Positions 56,301-64,000 of a stretch of 64,000 nt of DNA are shown here, one piece after another. Positions within the stretch are counted from its first letter, which is position 1, and each line of letters starts with the position of its first letter. The position numbers and the translations under genes were made by a program. Location: the NCBI GenBank assembly GCA_963726715.1, contig CAVSDF010000008.1:326982-390981 (forward strand), in the 5' to 3' direction. The stretch is from Rhodothermales bacterium. GTDB taxonomy: Bacteria > Bacteroidota > Rhodothermia > Rhodothermales > BA12. Below the pieces are notes generated by a model. That model saw only the letters and a program-made list of their open reading frames with translations, made no database searches and was not told the origin of the DNA.

Positions 56301-57039
56301 AACTCTCGTCCGCCAGCGTCGAATAGACGGCCTGAATGTCGGGGTGGTCGTCGATCTTGTCGAGCATCGCGTGGACCTTGTCCGTCGCATCGGGGTCGGC
56401 GGCGGTGGCGGTGGTCGGGAAGCGGCGCAGGGTGGCGTCGGTCGGCTCGACGTTTGCGCCGCGGAGGGCGCTGAGGACGGCGCCGAAGGCGTCGACGGGC
56501 GCGGTGACGACGAAGCCGCCTTCGCCATCCGGCTCCAGATCCTCGGCGCCCGCGTCGGCGGCCAGGAGGAAGAGGTCGTCCTCGCCCATTCCGGTGGGAA
56601 GGTCCGTCTGCGCGATCTCGAAGACGCTCTTGCGGTCGAACATGAAGGCGACCGAGCCGGAGTTGCCGAGCGCCCCGCCCGCCCGCGAGAAGAAGACGCG
56701 CAGGTCGGCGACGGTGCGGTTCGGGTTGTCGGTGAGGGCCTCGACGAAGACGGCGACGCCGCCCGGCCCGTATCCCTCGTAGGAGAGTTCCTCGTAGTCG
56801 GCGCCCGCGATCTCGCCCGAGCCGCGCTTGATGGCGCGGTCGATGTTGTCCTTCGGCATGTTCGCCGCCTTGGCCTTCTCGACGCAGAGCGCGAGGCGCG
56901 CGTTCATCGACGGGTCGGCGACGCCTTCGCGGGCGGCGACCATCATGTCGCGCGTGATGCGCGCCCACACTTTCGCTCGGCGACCGTCGGTGACGGCCTT
57001 CTGCCGCTTGATGGTGGACCACTTGCTGTGTCCGGACAT
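56299..57039 (-). CDS. yebC: YebC/PmpR-family DNA-binding transcriptional regulator
   Basis: ORF 56299..57039. MSGHSKWSTIKRQKAVTDGRRAKVWARITRD is the invariant family N-terminus. Confidence 0.92.
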   Translation of the reverse strand: MSGHSKWSTIKRQKAVTDGRRAKVWARITRDMMVAAREGVADPSMNARLALCVEKAKAANMPKDNIDRAIKRGSGEIAGADYEELSYEGYGPGGVAVFVEALTDNPNRTVADLRVFFSRAGGALGNSGSVAFMFDRKSVFEIAQTDLPTGMGEDDLFLLAADAGAEDLEPDGEGGFVVTAPVDAFGAVLSALRGANVEPTDATLRRFPTTATAADPDATDKVHAMLDKIDDHPDIQAVYSTLADES

Positions 57040-57076
57040 GGGGTTCGGGTGGATCGGAGGAAGCGACGCGGCTGGA

Positions 57077-57547
57077 TCAGCGCGAGGCGAAAAGCGCGGC
57101 GGCGAAGGCGAGGAGCGCGGTGTAGAGGGCGCCGCCGAGCCAGTCGCCGGTGATCATCGAGAGGCTGCGCGCCTGCGTGTCGAGGACGGAGAAGAGCACG
57201 ACGAGGCCATTGTGCACGAGCGCGATCACGAAGCCGCCGAGGAGTGCTTGCTGCGGCTGGATGCTGACGGTCTCGCGCTCGCTCGCCGGAAACAGGCCGA
57301 CGAGGAAGCCGACGAGGCTGTCGACGAACATGTGGATGCCCCACGTTTCGTACGTCGCGTCGTAGAGCAGCCCCATCGCAAGGCCTGCGACGGCGCCCGC
57401 CCGGCGTCCGTGGCGGAGGCCGACGAGCGCGACGAAGAGCAGGCCCGCATCGGGGACGGCGCCGGAGATGCCGAGGCGTCCGAGGACCAGCCACTGCGCG
57501 GCGAAGACGGCCAGCCCGGCCAGCACGAGGGGGATGAGACGGGGCAT
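57077..57547 (-). CDS. mreD: rod shape-determining protein MreD-like membrane protein
   Basis: ATG 57547 in ORF 57077..57724. Five hydrophobic segments. ...PDAGLLFVALVGLRHGRRAGAVAGLAMGLLYDATYETWGIHMFVDSLVGFLVG matches the MreD pattern. No mreB or mreC adjacent. Confidence 0.6.
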   Translation of the reverse strand: MPRLIPLVLAGLAVFAAQWLVLGRLGISGAVPDAGLLFVALVGLRHGRRAGAVAGLAMGLLYDATYETWGIHMFVDSLVGFLVGLFPASERETVSIQPQQALLGGFVIALVHNGLVVLFSVLDTQARSLSMITGDWLGGALYTALLAFAAALFASR

Positions 57548-57738
57548 CGAGGGCGGACGGGCGCAGCGCGGGGCGCAGGGCGGAGGCGTAGGGCGGGCAG
57601 CGAAGGTACGGACGGCGGCCCGCTCGGAGGGCGACCGCCGCGCCGCGCCGCCGATGCGAACCGACGCGTTACCCCGCGTCCGCAACCGCGCTCGGCGCCG
57701 CGGCGATCCACCGAGCGTCCTCAACGCCCGCCTGCCCG

Positions 57739-58788
57739 ATGCCCGAAGGCCCCGAAGTCCGCCGCCACGCCGACGCCATCGCCCGGGTGCTCGTCGGCGC
57801 GCCGCTCGTGCGCATCGAGGCGCGGACGAAGGCCGCGAAGGCGTGGCTCGCCGACCACGGCGCCGACCTGATCGGGCGCCGCGTGACGCGGGTGACGTCG
57901 CACGGCAAGCACCTCGTCGGCACCATCGAAGCCCGCGGCGGCGCCGACGACCCGTTCGGCGGCGCCGCGCCGTACATCCACAGCCACCTGATGATGTGGG
58001 GCCGCTGGCACGTCGCGGCGGCGGATGGGAGCGGCGAGGATGGAGATGGAGGTGGCGTCGAGGAAGACGGCGCCGCCTACGCCGCGTCCACGCTCGACGC
58101 GCCGCCGATGACCGACCGCCGCGACCGCGCGGTGCTGGAGACGCCGCTCGGTGTGGCCCTCCTGCGCTCGGCGCCGGTCTTCACGATCGGCACCGGCGAC
58201 CCGTACGCGAGCGAGCCGCTGCTCGCGAGTCTCGGGCCCGACGTGCTCCCGGTCGAGGGCCCGTTCGATGCCGACGAGGCGCGGCGGCGGCTCTCGCTGC
58301 GGCCCGAGCGCGAGATCGGCGCGGCGCTCCTCGACCAGCAGGCCGTCGCAGGCATCGGCAATTACCTGCGCGCCGACATCCTCTTCCTGTGCCGCATCGG
58401 CCCCTTCCGCACCGTCGGCAGCCTGAGCGGCGACGAGTGGACGTGCCTGCTCGGCGCCATCCCGAACGTCTGCGCCCGCGCCTACGCGACCGGCGGCGTC
58501 ACCCTCACCGACGCCGACGCCGCGCGCATCGCCGACGACGCGGCGCTCGTCTACACGCCCGGCGCCGCGTGGCAGCGCCGCCACTACACGTTCCGCCGCA
58601 CCAATCTGCCCTGTCTGGTCTGCGCGACGCCGATCCGCCAGCTCCGGCAGGTGACGCGCGAGGCCGACCCCGATGCCGCCGAGGGCGACCGCGCCGCCTC
58701 GAAGACCGAGCGCATCGTCTACTTCTGCCCGACCTGCCAGAGCGTCGATGTGCCGCCGCCGAAGACGACGCGCCGCAAGGCGGGGTGA
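57739..58788 (+). CDS. nei: Fpg/Nei-family DNA glycosylase/AP lyase (endonuclease VIII-like) with internal insertion
   Basis: ORF 57739..58788. The N-terminal MPEGPEV has the catalytic Pro2/Glu3. H2TH segment (QQAVAGIGNYLRADILF). C-terminal zinc finger CLVC...CPTC. Confidence 0.8.
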   Translation: MPEGPEVRRHADAIARVLVGAPLVRIEARTKAAKAWLADHGADLIGRRVTRVTSHGKHLVGTIEARGGADDPFGGAAPYIHSHLMMWGRWHVAAADGSGEDGDGGGVEEDGAAYAASTLDAPPMTDRRDRAVLETPLGVALLRSAPVFTIGTGDPYASEPLLASLGPDVLPVEGPFDADEARRRLSLRPEREIGAALLDQQAVAGIGNYLRADILFLCRIGPFRTVGSLSGDEWTCLLGAIPNVCARAYATGGVTLTDADAARIADDAALVYTPGAAWQRRHYTFRRTNLPCLVCATPIRQLRQVTREADPDAAEGDRAASKTERIVYFCPTCQSVDVPPPKTTRRKAG

Positions 58789-58835
58789 GGGGGCGGAGCG
58801 CGGGGCGATGGCGGTTTGTTTTGGGATGACGTTCG

Positions 58836-58864
58836 GTGGGGGCGGGTCGGGGACCCGCCCCTAC
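58836..58864. repeat. REP-like hairpin, GTAGGGGC family
   Basis: GTGGGGGCGGGTC-ggg-GACCCGCCCCTAC in the nei-ligase spacer, preceded by a G-rich tract at 58789-58835. Confidence 0.7.
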
Positions 58865-58924
58865 GGTTCGCTTTGCATCGAACGCACCCTTCCTGTTCCG
58901 CCCCTGCACGTGACCGCTTCGCCC

Positions 58925-60724
58925 ATGCCATCCGCGCCCTTCGCCGACATCGTGGCCGCCGCCGAGGCCGTCGAGGCCACGCCGTCGCGTCTCGCCAAGG
59001 CCGATGCGCTCGCGCCGCTCCTCGCCGCGCTCTCCGATGCCGACCTCGCGCTTGCCGCGCGGTGGCTCTCCGGGCGCCTCTTCGCCGCCGCCGACCCGCG
59101 CACGAGCGGGGCGGGGCACGCGCTCCTGCTCGGTGCCATCGCCGCCGCATCGCCACAGCGAGAGGGCGCGCCGGTGGATGCCGCCGCGCTGCGTCCGCGG
59201 CTCGTGGCGCTCGGGGATGCGGGCGAGGTCGCCGCCGAGGCGCTCGCAGGGCAGGGCGGGGCGGGCATGACGATTGCCGATCTCGCCACCGCCGTCGAGG
59301 CCATCGCCGACACGCGCGGGACGGGTGCGCGCACCGCCGCCGTCGCCGGTCTGCTCGGGCGGCTCTCCGACCGGGAGGCGCGTCTGACCGTCCGGCTGCT
59401 CGCGGGCGATCCGCGCATCGGGCTGCGCGAGGGCGGGATGGAGGCGTCCATCGCCCGCGTCTTCGAGCGTGACGCCGCCGATGTGCGCCGCGCCGCGATG
59501 CTCACCGGCGACGCAGGCGAGACCGCCGTCCTCGCCCGCGCCGACCGCCTCCAGGGCGCGCGCCTGCGCCTCTTCCACCCGCTCCGCTTCATGCTCGCCA
59601 CCGCCGCCGACTCGCCCGAGGAGGTCGGGCGGCTGATGCCCGACGGCTTCGCGGTCGAGGACAAGTACGACGGCATTCGCGCCCAACTCCACATCGCCCC
59701 GGCAGGCGCCGTGGCCACGCCCGGCGATGCCGCGCACGTCTTCGGACGCACCATCGGCGCGTGGCGCGTGGCGCTCTTCTCGCGGCAGATGACCGAGATC
59801 ACGGCCAGCTTCCCCGATGTCGCCGAGGCCGCAGCGGCGTGGGCATCGTCGGGCGCGGCGCTGTTCGAGGGCGGCGCGGTGCTCGATGCCGAGATCGTGC
59901 CGGTCGCGCCAGCCGGTGGATCGGAGGAGGAGATGGAGGCCGGGACGGACGGTTCGATGCCGCGCATCCTGCCCTTCCAGACGCTCCAGCAGCGACTCGG
60001 GCGGCGGGCGCCGACGGCGCAGGTGCTGGCAGACGTGCCGGTCGCAGTCGTCGCCTACGACGTGCTCGTGGCCTCGGGCGAGCCGGTCTACGAGCAGCCA
60101 TTCACGGCGCGCCGCGCGCTCCTCGACACGCTCTCGGCGCTGGAATCCGCCGATGGCGTGACCCTCCACATCGCGCCGCAGACGCAGGCGACGGCGGCCG
60201 ATCTCGACGCGCTCTTCGACGCGGCGCGCGCGCGCGGCAACGAGGGGCTGATGGTGAAGCGCCCCGACGCGCCCTACCGCCCCGGCACACGAGGGCGCGA
60301 CTGGCTCAAGGTCAAGCGCGCCCTCGCCACGCTCGACGTCGTCGTCACCGCCGCACAGGTCGGGCACGGCAAGCGCCGCCACCTGCTCTCCGACCTCACC
60401 TTCGCCGTCCGCGCGAATGGCGACCCGGATGCGCCGCTCCTCAACATCGGCAAGGCCTACTCGGGCCTCACCGACGCCGAACTCGCCACCCTCACCGCCC
60501 ACCTCGACGCGACGACGCTCGAAACGTTTGCCCACGGCCGCGTCCGCACCGTCGCGCCGACCGTCGTGCTCGAAGTGACCTTCGATGCCGTCCAGCCGTC
60601 GCCGCGCCACAAGGGCGGCTACGCGCTCCGCTTCCCGCGCATCGTCCGCCTCCGCCCCGACAAGACGCCCGCCGAGATCGACACGATCGACGAAGTCGCC
60701 CGCCTCGCCCGCCGCGACGGGTGA
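58925..60724 (+). CDS. ATP-dependent DNA ligase (three-domain, Lig1/LigB-like)
   Basis: ATG 58925 in ORF 58673..60724. Adenylation motif I EDKYDGIRAQ. LDAEIV, EGLMVKR and DWLKVKR motifs. An N-terminal DNA-binding domain and a C-terminal OB domain. Confidence 0.85.
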   Translation: MPSAPFADIVAAAEAVEATPSRLAKADALAPLLAALSDADLALAARWLSGRLFAAADPRTSGAGHALLLGAIAAASPQREGAPVDAAALRPRLVALGDAGEVAAEALAGQGGAGMTIADLATAVEAIADTRGTGARTAAVAGLLGRLSDREARLTVRLLAGDPRIGLREGGMEASIARVFERDAADVRRAAMLTGDAGETAVLARADRLQGARLRLFHPLRFMLATAADSPEEVGRLMPDGFAVEDKYDGIRAQLHIAPAGAVATPGDAAHVFGRTIGAWRVALFSRQMTEITASFPDVAEAAAAWASSGAALFEGGAVLDAEIVPVAPAGGSEEEMEAGTDGSMPRILPFQTLQQRLGRRAPTAQVLADVPVAVVAYDVLVASGEPVYEQPFTARRALLDTLSALESADGVTLHIAPQTQATAADLDALFDAARARGNEGLMVKRPDAPYRPGTRGRDWLKVKRALATLDVVVTAAQVGHGKRRHLLSDLTFAVRANGDPDAPLLNIGKAYSGLTDAELATLTAHLDATTLETFAHGRVRTVAPTVVLEVTFDAVQPSPRHKGGYALRFPRIVRLRPDKTPAEIDTIDEVARLARRDG

Positions 60725-60784
60725 TGGGGCCGGTGAGGTGCCGGTGCAACTGCTACGCTTGTGCTCACATTCCCAGCGCTGTCC

Positions 60785-60860
60785 TTGCGAGGAGCGAAGC
60801 GACGTGGCAATCCGGATCGACGGCGCCCATCGACCCGGATTCCCGCGCTGCGCTCGCAAT
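60785..60860. repeat. long imperfect inverted repeat (TTGCGAG...CTCGCAA type)
   Basis: TTGCGAGGAGCGAAGCGACGTGGCAATCCGG (60785-) faces CCGGATTCCCGCGCTGCGCTCGCAA (-60859). The inner TCGA...TCGA also pairs. Located 60 nt after the ligase stop. Confidence 0.7.
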
Positions 60861-60892
60861 GACACCGCCGGTGGAGTGGCGGCGCCGCGGTA

Positions 60893-60920
60893 GCAGGGGG
60901 CACGAACCATCGTGCCCTGC
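60893..60920. repeat. REP-like hairpin (CACGA/TCGTG interior, degenerate clamp)
   Basis: GCAGGGGGCACGA-acca-TCGTGCCCTGC. Same interior as the hairpin at 3932. Confidence 0.65.
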
Positions 60921-60947
60921 GGATCACCCGGAGACACCCTCGCCGGT

Positions 60948-61145
60948 TCAGCCGGCCAGATCGGCGGCTGCGGGCGCGCGGGCGCTGCGGGGCGCGAGAC
61001 GGTCGACGCGGGCGAGGAGCTGCGAGAGGCCGTCGCGGCGGGGGATCGGCGGCTGCTCGACGCGTCCGGTGCGGGCGGCGGTGACGGGGCGGAGCTGCGC
61101 GAGGGCGGCGGGCAGAAGGTCGCGGAGGAGCACGGGCTGGGCCAT
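60948..61145 (-). CDS. hypothetical small protein (65 aa)
   Basis: ATG 61145 within ORF 60948..61550 (MAQPVLLRDLLPAALAQLRPVTAARTGRVEQPPIPRRDGLSQLLARV...). Nearly all codons end in G or C, consistent with coding. No family recognised. Confidence 0.35.
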   Translation of the reverse strand: MAQPVLLRDLLPAALAQLRPVTAARTGRVEQPPIPRRDGLSQLLARVDRLAPRSARAPAAADLAG

Positions 61146-61464
61146 CGGGGCGGAGGGGATGCAGACGTGGCGACGGAGGTGCGCACCGCGGCGCGGGGCC
61201 GAGATGCAAGGGGCGCTTCCGGGGGAGACCGGGACGCTGTGCGAAAGATGGGAGGCGGTGGGTGACAGCCGCCTGTCATAGCCTTCGCGGCGTATTGCCG
61301 CGTCCTTCGCTGTTGACGGGGGCCGGGCGAGGGTGTGGATGTGTAGCGCGGTCGTTACCTTTGCCGACTGTGCCGCCGCGGCGCGCGCGTTGGCCCGGCT
61401 CGATCTGCCGCCCGACCTGCTGCCCGGCCTGCGCCGTCCGATCCGTGCCGCCTGATCTCGCCCC

Positions 61465-62070
61465 GTGACCCGCCTCCGCCACCCGCTCGTCGTTCGCCTC
61501 GTCGGCCTCCTCGTGAGTGCCGGGCTGTGGGGCATCGCCGTGCGGAGCACGAGCGCCTCGCCGTCGGCGCGGTACCGGGCGTGGCTCGTGGCGCAGGCCG
61601 ACGCCGAGAACGCGGCTCTCGTGGCCGACGCGCTCTCGCGGATGCAGGGCGAGACGGCGACGCCGGCGCTCTTCCTGAGCCGCTACGCCGACGCCCAGCT
61701 CGCCCTCGCCACGCCGCCGTCGGTCGTCCGCCGCACCGCCGCCACTGCCGAGACGACGACCGCCGCCGCCCCCGCCACGCGTGCCCCGACGGGCGCGTGG
61801 TTCGGACATCCGGAACTGACGTTCCTCGACGCCCTCGCGCTCCTCGAAGGCCGCCTGCGCACGTTCGACGCGCCCGCGTCGGCGCTGCGGTTCGCGGCGG
61901 CGCACGTGGCGCCTGTCGTGGCGACCGGCGTGCCACTCGCGCCCGCACCCGTCGCCGGGCTGCGCGCGCGCGCAGCCGTTCCCGTTGCCGATGTGCCTGC
62001 CGCGCCGCGCGCCGGCGTGCGCGCCGACATCCTCCACGGCGCGAGCGCCGCGCAGCCGCAGGGGCCGTAG
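61465..62070 (+). CDS. hypothetical protein with N-terminal hydrophobic segment
   Basis: GTG 61465 (MTRLRHPLVVRLVGLLVSAGLWGIAV...). GC-rich third positions. No family recognised. Confidence 0.35.
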   Translation: MTRLRHPLVVRLVGLLVSAGLWGIAVRSTSASPSARYRAWLVAQADAENAALVADALSRMQGETATPALFLSRYADAQLALATPPSVVRRTAATAETTTAAAPATRAPTGAWFGHPELTFLDALALLEGRLRTFDAPASALRFAAAHVAPVVATGVPLAPAPVAGLRARAAVPVADVPAAPRAGVRADILHGASAAQPQGP

Positions 62071-62276
62071 CCGCCGCGCCGCCGTCCGCCGCCGCATCTG
62101 CCGTTTATCCACCGTGCCCTGCCGCTTCGAGCGCCGGCGTGCGTGTGACGAAGCGGCGGCGAGGAACCGGCGAGACGCACCCGCCCCCCTCCCCAGCCTT
62201 CGGGCGCCCGGACACCGCCGCAGCGCGCGCAGGTCCGTCGGCGCCGTCGTTTTCGATTCCATCCCCCATCCCTCGA

Positions 62277-64000
62277 ATGAACAACAAAGGATTCCGCGTC
62301 GGCCTCGTGGCCGCGCTCCTGCTGCTGACCGGCTACTACCTGTGGCCGACCGCCTCGCTCGCCCTCTTCAACCGCAGCGCTCCCGCCGAGGGCACGCCCG
62401 CGTACGCCGCGTGGCAGACCGCCAACGCCGAGACCCTCGCCGACCGCAAGGAGAAGGCCCTCAAACTCGGCCTCGACCTGCAGGGCGGCATGTCGTCGAC
62501 GCTCGAAGTGCGCGTCGACGAACTCATCCGCGCCCTCGCGAGCGACACCGACGCCCCGTTCGACTCGGTGATGGCCGTCGCCCAGCGCGAGGCCCGGACC
62601 TCCGACGCCTCGTTCGTCGACCTCTTCGTCGATGCCTTCGAGGCGCGCGACGGCGACGCCCGCCTCGCCCGCTACTTCCGCTCCGACGCGGGCGGCCTCA
62701 CGCGCCGGTCGTCGAACGCCGACGTGCGCACGTACCTGCAAGCGCAGGCCGACGACGCCGTCAACCGCGCCATCGAGATCGTCCGCACCCGCGTCGACCG
62801 CTTCGGCGTCGCCGAGCCGTCGATCGTGCGCAAGGGCACGCGCCGCATCGCGATCGAGCTTCCCGGCGTCGACGACGCCGCCCGCATCCGCCGCCTCCTC
62901 GGCGGCACCGCACAGCTCGAGTTCCGCCTGATGGCCGACCCCGACGAGATGGGCCGCGCGCTCAACGACATCGTCGCCTTCTACAACGACTCGACGCGCT
63001 CGCGCCTGACCGTCCCGACCGCTGCCACCGCCCCCGCCGCCGGTGCCGCCGACAGCGCCGCCGCCGCGCCCTCGACGCTCGCCCTCGCCACCGGCGCGGG
63101 CCGCAATGACAGCGCCAGCGCCGACTCGTCGCTCGACAGCGCCGCCGCGGCGGCCTCGCGTGCCCTCGCCACACCGGCGACCGGCAACGCGCTCCTCAAG
63201 GTGCTCACGCCCATCGGCGGCGTGCAGTTCGGCTCGGTCGCCGTCAAGGACACGTCCGTCGCCAACCGCCTGCTCCGGCGCCCCGACGTGCAGGCGCTGC
63301 TGCCGCGCGGCGTGAGCCTGCTCTGGGACGCCCGCCCCACGGTCGCCCCCGGCGCCGCCGCGAGCACGGGCCAGATCCTGCTCCTCGGCGTCAAGGACAA
63401 GGTCGAGATCACCGGCGAGACCGTCGAGGAGGCCAGCGTGCAGTTCGACCAGCAGACCAACGCGCCCGGCGTCTCGATGACGATGGACGACGAGGGCGGA
63501 AGCCTGTGGAGCCGCCTCACCGGCGCCAACATCGGCAAGCCCGTCGCCATCGTGCTCGACGACTACGTCGTCTCCTACCCGACCGTGCAGGGCCGCATCC
63601 CCAACGGGCGCTCGTCGATCACCGGCCTCGGCGACCGCAACGAGGCCAACGACCTCGTGAACGTGCTCCGCTCCGGCTCCCTCCCTGCGCCGGTGCAGAT
63701 CATCGAGGAATCGACGGTCGGGCCGAGCCTCGGCGCCGAGTCGATCCGCAACGGGGCGCTCTCGTTCGGCCTCGGCTTCCTCGTCGTGGCCGCCTTCATG
63801 ATCTTCTGGTACCGCACGGCGGGCGTCGTCTCGGTGGCCGCGCTCATCCTGAACGTGCTGTTCATCATCGGCATCCTCGCCGCCTTCCGCGCGACGCTCA
63901 CGCTGCCCGGCATCGCGGGCATGGTGCTGACGCTCGGCATGGCCGTCGACGCGAACGTGCTCATCTACGAGCGCATCCGCGAGGAACTCGACGCGGGCAA
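62277..64000 (+). CDS. secD: protein translocase subunit SecD (probably SecDF), 3' end outside window
   Basis: Not in the ORF track because it has no stop in the window. My translation from ATG 62277: MNNKGFRVGLVAALLLLTGYYLWP...LKLGLDLQGGMS...NRAIEIVRTRVDRFGVAEPSIVRKG...IELPGV...GKPVAIVLDDYVVSYPTVQGRI...LPAPVQIIEESTVGPSLG...GIAGMVLTLGMAVDANVLIYERIREE. Confidence 0.9.
   Translation, partial: MNNKGFRVGLVAALLLLTGYYLWPTASLALFNRSAPAEGTPAYAAWQTANAETLADRKEKALKLGLDLQGGMSSTLEVRVDELIRALASDTDAPFDSVMAVAQREARTSDASFVDLFVDAFEARDGDARLARYFRSDAGGLTRRSSNADVRTYLQAQADDAVNRAIEIVRTRVDRFGVAEPSIVRKGTRRIAIELPGVDDAARIRRLLGGTAQLEFRLMADPDEMGRALNDIVAFYNDSTRSRLTVPTAATAPAAGAADSAAAAPSTLALATGAGRNDSASADSSLDSAAAAASRALATPATGNALLKVLTPIGGVQFGSVAVKDTSVANRLLRRPDVQALLPRGVSLLWDARPTVAPGAAASTGQILLLGVKDKVEITGETVEEASVQFDQQTNAPGVSMTMDDEGGSLWSRLTGANIGKPVAIVLDDYVVSYPTVQGRIPNGRSSITGLGDRNEANDLVNVLRSGSLPAPVQIIEESTVGPSLGAESIRNGALSFGLGFLVVAAFMIFWYRTAGVVSVAALILNVLFIIGILAAFRATLTLPGIAGMVLTLGMAVDANVLIYERIREELDAG

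Overview
Very GC-rich bacterial chromosomal segment made up mostly of housekeeping genes. A T9SS-type C-terminal sorting domain protein, SecD(F), many lipoproteins and OM barrels, and no obvious Shine-Dalgarno sequences suggest a high-GC Bacteroidota/Rhodothermota-like organism; this is inference only. I can support about 45 protein-coding genes: tig-clpP, a DEAD-box helicase, sucD, tatA, add, an SRA-HNH nuclease, mrdA-rodA, a beta-carbonic anhydrase, rtcB/rtcR, fahA, a Cys/Met PLP enzyme, a ydbS/ydbT-like pair, an M28 peptidase, a GDPD, gltB-gltD, smc, an ABC-2 exporter, an S41 peptidase, mreD-yebC-ruvC, nei plus an ATP-dependent DNA ligase, and secD. secD runs off the 3' end and is missing from the supplied ORF track. 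I recognised no rRNA, tRNA, CRISPR array, transposase, integrase or prophage genes. Three things stand out. (1) Reading-frame breaks are unusually dense in otherwise well-conserved genes: eight in sucD, two in smc, and at least one each in rtcB, the helicase, ydbS, a hydrolase, the GDPD, the ABC ATPase and the T9SS substrate, plus a missing gltB stop. Indel errors explain this better than biology, but it needs checking. (2) There are several short repeat families. One is a 12-nt palindrome, GACCGATCGGTC, that occurs in pairs or triplets and partly in frame inside genes. Another is a ~110-nt strand-asymmetric element present as inverted copies flanking ruvC and as an intercistronic hairpin in the ABC operon. 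The others are C-free G/T tracts just after stop codons, GTAGGGGC...GCCCCTAC hairpins, and a GACGACG-based word inserted in the smc hinge. (3) The accessory-type genes are an SRA-HNH modification-dependent nuclease wedged in front of mrdA, and a sigma-54/RtcR-controlled rtcB. I did not find a convincing multi-gene novel system; the repeat families are the least explained signal. The many long Arg-rich ORFs antisense to real genes are shadow ORFs of GC-rich DNA.
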